A DNA stretch of 44,663 bases from a virus (lineage: Duplodnaviria > Caudoviricetes): positions 1 to 44,663 of IMG/VR virus record IMGVR_UViG_3300036987_000028; one strand, given 5' to 3'. The notes below the pieces were generated by a model, which saw nothing but the letters and a program-made list of their open reading frames with translations, was not told the origin of the DNA and searched no databases. The position numbers were made by a program, and so were the translations under genes. The stretch's first letter is position 1. Every line of letters begins with the position of its first letter. Positions 1 through 8,258 of this stretch are shown here, piece by piece.

Positions 1-50
1 CTTGGGCGCCATCCGGCACGGTGCGCCGAGGCCTAGAGCCGCTGCGAGCA

Positions 51-80
51 TTGCGTCGGCGCCCCGAAACGGCCCATAAA
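51..80 (+). promoter_or_regulatory. Putative host sigma70 promoter of the tRNA-Leu gene
   Basis: TTGCGT (51-56), 18 nt, CATAAA (75-80), then a GC-rich discriminator-like stretch 8 nt before the tRNA 5' end. Confidence 0.4.
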
Positions 81-88
81 GGCGCCGC

Positions 89-126
89 GCGGGCGTGGCG
101 GAACGGTAGACGCCAGGGACTTAAAA
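89..126 (+). pseudogene. 5' half of host tRNA-Leu(UAA), interrupted by the prophage (attL)
   Basis: GCGGGCG acceptor strand, D arm TGGCGGAACGGTAGACGC, anticodon stem AGGGA and loop CTTAAAA, then non-tRNA sequence. Pairs exactly with the 3' half at 44452-44501. Confidence 0.93.
118..126 (+). repeat. attL core GACTTAAAA
   Basis: Identical to 44443-44451; flanks diverge on both sides; covers the anticodon loop. Confidence 0.9.
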
Positions 127-133
127 GCTACCG

Positions 134-225
134 CGCGGTCGCTGCAATACCTCAACTACCCATCTAAAGCCTGAAAACACTGGCGTTACGGCGCCGGTTT
201 GAGCCCTCCCGCGGTCGCTGCAATA
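134..225 (+). repeat. 16-bp direct repeat CGCGGTCGCTGCAATA (134-149, 210-225); candidate integrase arm-type sites
   Basis: Exact duplication beside attL; related GTGGCAAT/GTAGCAAT at 44307-44326 near attR. Confidence 0.55.
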
Positions 226-286
226 TTGCAGTAGATTTAGCGGGAGCGCTCCCCTGTGGCAAAACCCCAGCCAACTTGGAGCAAGT

Positions 287-2713
287 ATGACCCTCACCGC
301 TCAGATCGAACGTGAAAACCACATGGCCGCCGAGGGCGCCCGCCGCGTCCGCAAGGGCGTGGAAAAGGACATGGCCAGAGGCGCCGCCGCCGAGACACCG
401 GCTGGCGTGGTCCTCATGAAGCGGTGCGTCGGACCCGTATCCGATGCCATCCGGGAGTTCGTCCAGGGCGCCTTCACCAAGAAGGGCGCCGGGCGCCGCA
501 ATAGCGTGGCGGTCCACCTTCAGGACGTAGACCCCGACCTCGCCGCGTTCATCGCGGTCAAGGAAGCCCTAGGCGGGGCTAGCCGCCATCTCTCCCTCAA
601 GACCACCGCTATCAACATCGCCCACCGGCTGGAGCTGGAGCTTCTGGCCAATCGGTTTGAAGAGGCCAACGAAGCCCTGTACCGGGCGATCATCCGTAAC
701 GCCAAGGCCCGTGGCCTCGCCCCCGAACGCCACGCCAAGGCGGTCCAGCTCGCGGCTAGCAAGTTCGGCATCGCGGACACCAAGTGGACCCCGACCGAGC
801 GCGTCCACATCGGGACGAAGCTCGTGGAGCTTTTCGCCGAGACCGGAGGCCCCGTGGAGCTGGAGCGCGTCCAGGAAAGCAAGACCAGTAAGCAAATCCG
901 TCTGAAGCTCACCGAACGGGCCGATGAGTGGTTCAAGAAGCACAACACCGCCGCGGGCCTCGCCCGACCCCTGTACCTCCCCGCCGTGTGCCCGCCCAAG
1001 CCCTGGACGGACGTGGTGGGGGGCTCGTATTTCTCGCCCGCCATCCGGGAGCGCTCGGTCATCTCGCGGTCGTTCCCCGGCCAGCTCGACCTACTCCGCA
1101 TGGGCGACATGAGCGTGGTCTACGCCGGGCTCAACGGGCTCCAGGAAACCCCGTGGCGGATCAACCGGCGCGTCTTCGCGGTCATGCAAGAGGCTTGGGA
1201 CAAGGAACTCCCAATGCCCTGCATCCCGCCGCAGTCCGATGAGCCGATCCCGGCGACGCCCCCGGAAGTGGAGGCCGCCGAGAAGGGTAGCGACGTGCGT
1301 AAGGCGTGGCGTAATACCGTCCGCCCGATCCACGAGCGCAACCGTGAGCGCCGCTCGCGTCGTTTCGAGTTCGCTCGTGGGCTGGACATCGCGAAGGACA
1401 ACCTGGAGCACGAAGCGATCTACTTCCCGCACCGCTGCGATTTCCGCGGCCGGGCCTACGCGGCGGCCACCACACTCAACCCACAAGGGCCGGATGAGAT
1501 CAAGGCGTTGCTGGAGTTCGGCGAGGGCAAGCCCCTTGGCGAGCGCGGCGTGTTTTGGCTCGGCGTTCACGGCGCGAACCTATTTGGCAACGATAAGGTC
1601 AGCCTCGACGAACGCTTTCAGTGGGCCGCCAAGCACTGGCAAGCGGCGGTATCGGTCGCCCGTAATCCTCTGAGCAATCAGTGGTGGACGGAGGCGGACA
1701 AGCCGTGGAGCTTCCTCGCATGGTGCTTTGAGTGGGCGGAAGCGAGCGACGATTACGTCTCGCGCCTTCCCATTGCGCTCGACGGCTCGTGCAACGGCAT
1801 CCAGCACTACTCGGCGATGCTCCGGGACGAAGTGGGCGGCGCTGCCGTCAACCTCATCCCCGGCAAGAAGCCGAGAGACATCTATCAGACCGTCGCCGAT
1901 GCCGTGAAGGCCAGCATCGCCAAGATCGTGGAGGACGACGAACACCCCGAGCACAACACCGCGTGGGGCTGGCACCACTTCCCTATCGACCGCAAAGTCA
2001 CCAAGCGGCCGGTCATGGTGCTTCCCTACGGCGGCATGTTCAAGTCGTGCATGGAATACGTCGCCGAGGCCGTCCACGACAAGGTGAAGGGCGGGGCTGA
2101 GAACCCCTTCGGCGATGAGCTACGCCCGGCATCGGCGTGGCTGGCGAAGCGCGTATGGGAGGGCATCGACGATACCGTTGTCGCCGCCCGTGCCGCTATG
2201 TCATGGCTCCAGAAGGTCGCGCGGATCACGAGCAAGCACGGCGTCCCCCTCACCTGGACGGCGCCGAGCGGGTTCGTGGTGCGGCAGCATTATAGGAAGG
2301 TGCGTGGCAACTTGATTGAAACCCGGTTCAACGGAAAGGTTATTTCGTTCCGAGGGAGCCAACCCACGGATGAGATCGACGACAACCGGCAAGCGTCCTC
2401 GGTCGCCCCTAACTTTGTCCACTCTATGGATGCGGCGGCGATGATGCTGACGATTGCCGCTTGTCGCGAAGCCGGGCTCCGGTCCTTCGCAATGATCCAC
2501 GACAGCTACGGCACACACGCCGCGGACACCGACAAGCTGGCCGCGATCCTCCGTGACCAGTTCGTAGAAATGTACCTCGCTCACGACGTGCTCGCCGAGT
2601 TCGAAGCGTCGGTTCGCGCCGCGCTTCCCGAAGGCACTGAGCTGCCGCCCCGTCCCGAGACTGGCCACCTGGATTTGGAAGCCGTGAAGGACAGCGCGTA
2701 CTTCTTTGCCTAG
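287..2713 (+). CDS. T7-like single-subunit DNA-directed RNA polymerase (gp1)
   Basis: Motifs DFRGRAY, LDGSCNGIQHYSAMLRD, RKVTKRPVMVLPYG, PNFVHSMDA, IHDSYGTH, C-terminal YFFA. Confidence 0.98.
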   Translation: MTLTAQIERENHMAAEGARRVRKGVEKDMARGAAAETPAGVVLMKRCVGPVSDAIREFVQGAFTKKGAGRRNSVAVHLQDVDPDLAAFIAVKEALGGASRHLSLKTTAINIAHRLELELLANRFEEANEALYRAIIRNAKARGLAPERHAKAVQLAASKFGIADTKWTPTERVHIGTKLVELFAETGGPVELERVQESKTSKQIRLKLTERADEWFKKHNTAAGLARPLYLPAVCPPKPWTDVVGGSYFSPAIRERSVISRSFPGQLDLLRMGDMSVVYAGLNGLQETPWRINRRVFAVMQEAWDKELPMPCIPPQSDEPIPATPPEVEAAEKGSDVRKAWRNTVRPIHERNRERRSRRFEFARGLDIAKDNLEHEAIYFPHRCDFRGRAYAAATTLNPQGPDEIKALLEFGEGKPLGERGVFWLGVHGANLFGNDKVSLDERFQWAAKHWQAAVSVARNPLSNQWWTEADKPWSFLAWCFEWAEASDDYVSRLPIALDGSCNGIQHYSAMLRDEVGGAAVNLIPGKKPRDIYQTVADAVKASIAKIVEDDEHPEHNTAWGWHHFPIDRKVTKRPVMVLPYGGMFKSCMEYVAEAVHDKVKGGAENPFGDELRPASAWLAKRVWEGIDDTVVAARAAMSWLQKVARITSKHGVPLTWTAPSGFVVRQHYRKVRGNLIETRFNGKVISFRGSQPTDEIDDNRQASSVAPNFVHSMDAAAMMLTIAACREAGLRSFAMIHDSYGTHAADTDKLAAILRDQFVEMYLAHDVLAEFEASVRAALPEGTELPPRPETGHLDLEAVKDSAYFFA

Positions 2714-2717
2714 ATCG

Positions 2718-2731
2718 TCCTATTAAGTGGA
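2718..2731. promoter_or_regulatory. Candidate operator TCCTATTAAGTGGA (consensus palindrome TCCACTTAAGTGGA)
   Basis: Related 14-mers at 37193, 37651, 42274, all intergenic. Confidence 0.5.
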
Positions 2732-2752
2732 CTTTCCCGTTAACGCATCAAT

Positions 2753-2769
2753 TAACCTGCCTATTTGGA
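2753..2769 (+). promoter_or_regulatory. Candidate phage RNAP promoter TAACCTGCCTATTTGGA (replication module)
   Basis: 16/17 identical to 12650-12666; located right after the RNAP gene. Confidence 0.55.
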
Positions 2770-2795
2770 ACGAACCCTTTCGGAGATCACTCACG

Positions 2796-2990
2796 ATGAA
2801 ATCGCAGATCACCATTCGGAAAGGCGCCGCCTTCAACGACGTGACCATCGTCACTCCGAAAGGGAAGACGCTCTACTTCGACCTCTCGACAATGACGCGG
2901 CCCGAGCGTTCGAAATTCCACTCTCAGTTCATGGCCGCGTATCGGAAAGAGAACCCTATGCGACCACGCACTGTGGAGGCGCGGGCTTGA
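2796..2990 (+). CDS. Hypothetical protein (64 aa)
   Basis: GGAG RBS before ATG 2796; stop overlaps next start. Confidence 0.65.
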   Translation: MKSQITIRKGAAFNDVTIVTPKGKTLYFDLSTMTRPERSKFHSQFMAAYRKENPMRPRTVEARA

Positions 2991-3265
2991 AGTCCACGTT
3001 CTCCTACGACGGCTTTGCGAATGCTTCCCCCGCGGAAGTGTCGCAAGCCGCCGTCGCGGTCATCAACGTCGTCCAAGAGAGCCAAGCGCACGTCCAAGCT
3101 CACGCTGTGGCGATTGCCTTCCTCATCATGTGCGACCGTTACCGCATCGAACCGCAGACCGTGTTCACCATCGTCAAGAACCTCATGGCTAGCGCCGAGG
3201 CCGGGCACTCGAAAGAGTACCGCGCCCTCATCGACTACGTGACGCACGAGCTGAACCAGGAATGA
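2987..3265 (+). CDS. Hypothetical phage protein (92 aa, TTG start)
   Basis: GGAGG RBS, TTGA start/stop overlap, coupled to next gene. Confidence 0.7.
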   Translation: MKSTFSYDGFANASPAEVSQAAVAVINVVQESQAHVQAHAVAIAFLIMCDRYRIEPQTVFTIVKNLMASAEAGHSKEYRALIDYVTHELNQE

Positions 3266-3408
3266 GTTGCGGCAAGTCCGTGGCTCTCAGACTTCACGCC
3301 GCGATCCTTCTCATGAAGCGCAGCGAACCCCTACCACTCGATCTTGAAACGTACCTCATCGCGCACGGCATTGACGTTGCCGCGCTCGATGCGAAGTACC
3401 GCAACTAG
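3262..3408 (+). CDS. Small hypothetical protein (48 aa, ...PLDLETYLIAHGIDV...)
   Basis: ATGA overlap; fills gap to SSB; below ORF-track cutoff, translated by hand. Confidence 0.6.
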   Translation: MSCGKSVALRLHAAILLMKRSEPLPLDLETYLIAHGIDVAALDAKYRN

Positions 3409-3417
3409 GAAAGACAT

Positions 3418-4158
3418 TTGGCGAAAGAAAAGAAGCCGAAGCGGATCACGCACAACTCCCCGAAGGGCGTGTTCTCTTGGCCGAAGCTGAACGAAGTCGA
3501 TTACGGCACCGAGAAGTATCCTGTTAAGGATGGCCAGTACGTGGTCAATCTCGTGGTCCCCGCCGCCGACAAGGCGACGAAGGCATTCATCAAGCTTCTG
3601 GAGCCGCTGTGGCGCGAAGCGCTGGAGGAAGGCAAGCAGAAGTTCGGCGAGCTGAGCGTTGCACAGCGCAAGAAGCTCAAAGCCGTGACCGAGAACCCGT
3701 TCTTCACGGAAGAGTTCGACCAGGAAACCGAAGAGCCGACCGGCAACATCATCTTCAAGTTCAAGATGGCCGCGTCGGGCAAGTACCGCGAAGGCCGTAA
3801 GGCTGGTCAGACGTGGACGGCGAAGCCGAACGTGTTCGACGCCTCGGGCGAGCTTCTCAAGAAGCTGCCTTCGATCTGGAGCGGCACGGTAGGTAAGGTC
3901 GCCTTCTACACGCGTCCCTACTTCATCGACGGTAGCGGCGCCGCTGGCCTCACACTGGCTCTTAGCGCCGTGCAGATCATCGACCTTGTGAGCGAGGGCG
4001 AGCGTTCGGCTGGCTCGTATGGCTTCGGCAAGGAAGAGGGCTACAAGGCCGAAGACAACGAGGACGACGAGACCTCGGATGAGGATGAGAACGACGACGA
4101 CACGAGCGACGAAGGCGGCGACGCCGACAGCTCGGATGGGGACGACGCCGACTTCTAG
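3418..4158 (+). CDS. Single-stranded DNA-binding protein (gp2.5-like)
   Basis: Position, AVQIIDL motif, very acidic C-terminal tail ending in Phe. Confidence 0.93.
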   Translation: MAKEKKPKRITHNSPKGVFSWPKLNEVDYGTEKYPVKDGQYVVNLVVPAADKATKAFIKLLEPLWREALEEGKQKFGELSVAQRKKLKAVTENPFFTEEFDQETEEPTGNIIFKFKMAASGKYREGRKAGQTWTAKPNVFDASGELLKKLPSIWSGTVGKVAFYTRPYFIDGSGAAGLTLALSAVQIIDLVSEGERSAGSYGFGKEEGYKAEDNEDDETSDEDENDDDTSDEGGDADSSDGDDADF

Positions 4159-4646
4159 TGGCGTTTCCCAAACGTAAGGCTAAGCGCCCGGTTTCCGCTG
4201 AAGAGCGGGGCCGGGCCGCTGGCTACCGATCTGGACTTGAAGACGCCAACGTCGCTCATCTTGAAGCGCACGGCGAGCCCGTCTTCTACGAGCAAGCGAC
4301 CATCAAGTACGACGTGCCCGCTCGCGGCGCCAAGTACAAGCCCGACCTCCCGCTCCGTAACGGTATCATCGTGGAGACGAAGGGCCGCTTCGTGACTGCC
4401 GACCGGCAGAAGCACAAGCACATCAAGGAACAGCACCCCGACCTGGACATTCGGTTTGTCTTCTCAAATCCGAACAACACCATCGGGAAGAAATCCACGA
4501 CCACTTACGGCATGTGGTGTGAGCGCCTCGGCATCCCTTACGCCAAGAAGCTCATTCCGCTGGAGTGGATCAAGGAAGCCCCGTGCCTCAAGCGCCTACG
4601 CGCACTCAAGAAGGCAACGGGATGGGAACCACCGTCAACCTCATAA
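4158..4646 (+). CDS. Endonuclease I / Holliday junction resolvase (gp3-like)
   Basis: YRSGLE, YKPD..L.NGIIVETKGRF, QHPDLDIRFVF motifs. Confidence 0.96.
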   Translation: MAFPKRKAKRPVSAEERGRAAGYRSGLEDANVAHLEAHGEPVFYEQATIKYDVPARGAKYKPDLPLRNGIIVETKGRFVTADRQKHKHIKEQHPDLDIRFVFSNPNNTIGKKSTTTYGMWCERLGIPYAKKLIPLEWIKEAPCLKRLRALKKATGWEPPSTS

Positions 4647-4657
4647 GGAACCGACAC

Positions 4658-4930
4658 ATGGCATACCGCACCATTGGCCCGAAGTCTCAGACCGAGCTTC
4701 TCAAGGACCACTTCATGACCAAGCCGAGCATCTCCGGCCACGAGGCCCGCGGCATGTACCGCATCGACAGCCTCCCGCGCCGCATCCTCGACCTGGAGAC
4801 GCAGGGCCACAAGTTCTTCAAGGAACCGAAGCGTGACCAGACCGGCAAGCGCTACACCCGCTACCACTACCTCGGCCAAGGCTTCGTGGAACAGCCGACG
4901 AGCACGGCGGCCAACTTCACGGGCCTCTAA
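4658..4930 (+). CDS. Small winged helix-turn-helix protein (90 aa)
   Basis: AAGGA RBS; SISGHEARGMYRIDSLPRRILDL...G pattern typical of phage HTH proteins. Confidence 0.7.
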   Translation: MAYRTIGPKSQTELLKDHFMTKPSISGHEARGMYRIDSLPRRILDLETQGHKFFKEPKRDQTGKRYTRYHYLGQGFVEQPTSTAANFTGL

Positions 4931-5301
4931 TGCTCGGCATCTGGATCGCGGTCATCGCACTCGTCTTGTCCGTGGGAAACGTAGGCGCCGCTAGCTTCGG
5001 CGGCGGCGGCTTCCGTTCCTTCTCGGCACCGCGCGTCTACTCCGCGCCGCGGATCACCACGCCTTCGTACACGCCGAGCATCCGGCCCGCGGCTCCCGCC
5101 GTGAAGCCGACTGCCCCGGTGCCCGTCAAACCGACCGTGCTCCCCGTGGCGCCTCCAGCCCCCGCGCTGAAGCCCCCGGCCGCAGTCGGTACGCCGAGCT
5201 ACTCCAGCCCCGCCCCGAGCACGACCAGCTCGTGGTTCTGGTGGTGGTGGTTGTTCTCGACGACGCACGACGACGACAAGAGTGACGCCAAGCGAAAGTG
5301 A
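4930..5301 (+). CDS. Exported/membrane Pro-rich protein with Trp-rich C-terminal patch
   Basis: N-terminal signal-like hydrophobic stretch, GGGGFRSFS, Pro/Ala linker, WFWWWWLF. Confidence 0.7.
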   Translation: MLGIWIAVIALVLSVGNVGAASFGGGGFRSFSAPRVYSAPRITTPSYTPSIRPAAPAVKPTAPVPVKPTVLPVAPPAPALKPPAAVGTPSYSSPAPSTTSSWFWWWWLFSTTHDDDKSDAKRK

Positions 5302-6919
5302 CAGCGAGCTAGTTGAGAAAGGGCCGTGCGATAAGTGCGGCTCTTCCGACGCTTGCGCCCTCTACGACGACGGCCACACGCATTGCTTCTCGTGTGGCGT
5401 TCACACCCCGCCAGACGGCGCGGAACTCAAACCCAAGCAACGGAGGAAAATGGCGGCGGGACTACTCCCCCAAGGTACGCCTAAAGAAATCTCGTCCCGC
5501 GGCCTCACTCTCGCGACCTGCAAAAAGTGGGGCTACACGTTCGGTAAGCTCGGCGTCGATCCCGTCCAGATCGCAAACTACCGCGACGACGCCGGGAACA
5601 TCGTCGGTCAGAAGGCCCGCACCAAGGACAAGGACTTCAAAGTCCTCGGTTCGATCAACGGCCTTCTCTACGGCAAGCATCTCTGGCGAGCGAAGGGTAA
5701 GCGCGTCTTCGTAACCGAAGGCGAAATCGACGCCCTCACCGTGAGCCAAGTGCTCGGTCACAAGTGGCCAGTCGTGTCACTCCCCAACGGAGCGCAAGGT
5801 GCCCGCAAGGCCCTCGCCGCGAACCTGGAGTGGCTCAACGGCTTCGACCAAGTGACCCTTGTGTTCGATATGGACGATCCGGGACGTGACGCGGCGGCCG
5901 ACTGCACATCGCTCTTCCCTCCGGGGAAGCTCAGCGTGGCGGCGCTGCCCCTCAAAGACCCGAACAAGATGCTCCAGGACAACCGCACCGAAGAGCTGAT
6001 CGAAGCGCTGTGGGGCGCGAAGCCTCATCGTCCCGATGGGCTCAAGACCGTTGGCGACGTTCGCGACCGTATCTTTGCGAACATTACGACGGACCTCACA
6101 TGGTTCGATGAGCGCTTGAACGCCATCACGTATGGCCGTCGCTACGGCGAGTGCGTCGCGTTCGGCGCCGGTACTGGCGTGGGCAAGACGACGTTCCTCA
6201 TGCAACAGCTCGCACACGACATCCAAGCTGGTCACAGCGTGGGCGTGTTCGCGTTTGAGCAAGACGTGGGCGAGACCGTGCGCCTCGTGGGCGGACAGAT
6301 CGCTGGCAAGACGTTCCACATACCAGACGGTTCGTGGACCGACGAAGAGCTTCACGCCGTCGTGGACAAGCTGGAGGCCGACAACCGCCTCCACCTGTAC
6401 GACCACTTCGGCGCTTGCGAGTGGGACGTTGTGAAGGAACGCATCCGCTACCTTCGCCACGACTTCGGCGTTCGCATCTTTCTCGTCGATCATCTCACGG
6501 CACTCGCTGCCGCGGAGGACAACGAGCGCACTGGCCTTGAGCGGATCACCGCTGAGATCAGCTCGCTCGCGCAAGAGTTGGGCATCTGGATCGGCGTCGT
6601 CTCGCATCTCGCCACTCCCGAGGGCAAGCCCCATGAGGAAGGCGGTCGCGTCATGATCCGCCACTTCAAAGGCTCCCGCGCCATCGGCTTTTGGATGCAC
6701 GAAATCTACGGATTGGAGCGCAACCAACAGGCCGACGACGAGACCGAGAAGCGACACACGATCATCCGCATTCTCAAGCATCGCAAGGTGGGCCGCACAG
6801 TCGGCTCCACGTTCCCGATCACCTACGAAGACAGCACCGGCCGCTTGATCCCCGCCGACGACGCGGACGACGGCCCCGCTGACAACCCGTTCAAGTCAGC
6901 CGAAGGAGAAGACTTCTGA
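5282..6919 (+). CDS. DNA primase/helicase (gp4-like)
   Basis: Zn ribbon CDKC...CFSC, TOPRIM TEGEID/FDMD, Walker A AGTGVGKT, VDHL, VSHL. Confidence 0.97.
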   Translation: MTPSESDSELVEKGPCDKCGSSDACALYDDGHTHCFSCGVHTPPDGAELKPKQRRKMAAGLLPQGTPKEISSRGLTLATCKKWGYTFGKLGVDPVQIANYRDDAGNIVGQKARTKDKDFKVLGSINGLLYGKHLWRAKGKRVFVTEGEIDALTVSQVLGHKWPVVSLPNGAQGARKALAANLEWLNGFDQVTLVFDMDDPGRDAAADCTSLFPPGKLSVAALPLKDPNKMLQDNRTEELIEALWGAKPHRPDGLKTVGDVRDRIFANITTDLTWFDERLNAITYGRRYGECVAFGAGTGVGKTTFLMQQLAHDIQAGHSVGVFAFEQDVGETVRLVGGQIAGKTFHIPDGSWTDEELHAVVDKLEADNRLHLYDHFGACEWDVVKERIRYLRHDFGVRIFLVDHLTALAAAEDNERTGLERITAEISSLAQELGIWIGVVSHLATPEGKPHEEGGRVMIRHFKGSRAIGFWMHEIYGLERNQQADDETEKRHTIIRILKHRKVGRTVGSTFPITYEDSTGRLIPADDADDGPADNPFKSAEGEDF

Positions 6920-7203
6920 CCGTCGCATTAGTTCTCGGCGGCGAGCATCACGGGCGACACATCAACATAGGGAAGCGAAGCCACGGCGACACGTACTACC
7001 TCCCGATCTTGGAACCCCTGAACCCTTGGTGGCACGAAGCCGATGAGCCTCAAATGCTCACGCATCGTATCGCCGAGTATCGCATCCACCAATTCTACTG
7101 CGGCCCCAACACCTACACCGCATTGCTCCCGTCCGAAGTCCGGTACGGCGATGCAATGCTGCACGTCTTGGAACTCGCCGCGCAAGCCAAACCCAAAACA
7201 TAG
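6916..7203 (+). CDS. Hypothetical protein (95 aa), probable CTG start
   Basis: AAGGAG RBS then CTG overlapping the gp4 stop (CTGA); in frame with track ORF 7009-7203. Confidence 0.55.
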   Translation: MTVALVLGGEHHGRHINIGKRSHGDTYYLPILEPLNPWWHEADEPQMLTHRIAEYRIHQFYCGPNTYTALLPSEVRYGDAMLHVLELAAQAKPKT

Positions 7204-7214
7204 GAGAAACCCCT

Positions 7215-7379
7215 TTGGGCTTCTTGGAAGTTCTCTGCCTACTGTTCGTCGTCCTCAAGCTCGTCGGCGTCATTACGTGGTCATGGTGGCTCGTGTTCGC
7301 GCCGCTGTACCCCGCTGTCCTCGTGTGGTTCGGCATCGCGCTCTGGATCGGCACCATCCTTTGGGATGAGAAGCGTTGA
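7215..7379 (+). CDS. Small membrane protein (54 aa, LKLVGVITWSWWLVFAPL)
   Basis: TAGGAG RBS, TTG start, two hydrophobic segments. Confidence 0.7.
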   Translation: MGFLEVLCLLFVVLKLVGVITWSWWLVFAPLYPAVLVWFGIALWIGTILWDEKR

Positions 7380-7456
7380 CAGGCGGAGACGCTATTCTTC
7401 TTGGCATCTTGATCGCGCTACTCATGCCGTTCGCGGCGTTGCTGTTCTCCAAGTGA
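7376..7456 (+). CDS. Tiny single-TM peptide (26 aa)
   Basis: TTGA and GTGA overlaps with both neighbours; hydrophobic. Confidence 0.45.
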   Translation: MTGGDAILLGILIALLMPFAALLFSK

Positions 7457-8046
7457 GTTGGATGCAGTTCGGCCCGCACCCCTATGAGATTGGCTCACGC
7501 CAAGCTCCGGGGGTTACGGTCATGCACATCGCCCACGCGCTATCACGCATCAATCGCTTCACCGGCCACACGCGGGAGACCATCTCAGTCGCCCGTCACA
7601 GCGTGTACGTCTCGAAACTTCTCGACATGGACCCTCTCGTGGCCATGTACGGGTTGGTTCACGAGTTGCACGAGACCGTCGTCAACGACATCTCGCAACC
7701 CGTCAAGGCGGCACTCGGCTACATGGGGATGAAGCGCCTTCGCAAGATCGCCGACGCCGCGGACACTGCCCTCTACGAAGTGGTGGGCGTTCCGTACCCG
7801 GTCCCGAAGGACATCAAGGCCCTCGTGAAACGCGCCGACAACGCGGCAGTGCTCGCCGAAAAGCGAGACCTCATGCCGGAGTGTGATCGGCCGTGGAACA
7901 TGGTGCCCGGCTATCCGGCATCGGTGACAGCTCTGCCCACCCTCCACCGTGGGGAAGACACAGAGCTATTCCTCGACCGCTACGTTGAACTCTCGCGCAT
8001 TCTGGAGATCACACCGAAGCAATGGGAAGCATCCGCCACTTCGTAA
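7453..8046 (+). CDS. HD-superfamily hydrolase (YfdR-like 5'-deoxynucleotidase type)
   Basis: IAHALSRINRFTGH...SVARHS...LVHELHE....DI..P.K...VKRAD...LAEKRDL; GTG start by overlap. Confidence 0.82.
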   Translation: MSWMQFGPHPYEIGSRQAPGVTVMHIAHALSRINRFTGHTRETISVARHSVYVSKLLDMDPLVAMYGLVHELHETVVNDISQPVKAALGYMGMKRLRKIADAADTALYEVVGVPYPVPKDIKALVKRADNAAVLAEKRDLMPECDRPWNMVPGYPASVTALPTLHRGEDTELFLDRYVELSRILEITPKQWEASATS

Positions 8047-8258
8047 TCCAGGTTCGTCCTGACAACAAAGCCACGCTGATCGGTGAAGTCCCCGACATCG
8101 ACAACGCTCCCGCCACCACCGACGACTGCACCGTCTACGTCCTCAAAGTCTATCTCTTTGCGGGCGCTGAGATGTGGGTAGTCGATTACCTCGGCAACTG
8201 GTGGAAGCACCCGCACGGAACCCCTCTCACACATTGGAACAGAGACAATGCAGAATGA
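8022..8258 (+). CDS. Hypothetical protein
   Basis: Overlapping chain of ORFs, phage-like codon usage. Confidence 0.55.
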   Translation: MGSIRHFVIQVRPDNKATLIGEVPDIDNAPATTDDCTVYVLKVYLFAGAEMWVVDYLGNWWKHPHGTPLTHWNRDNAE

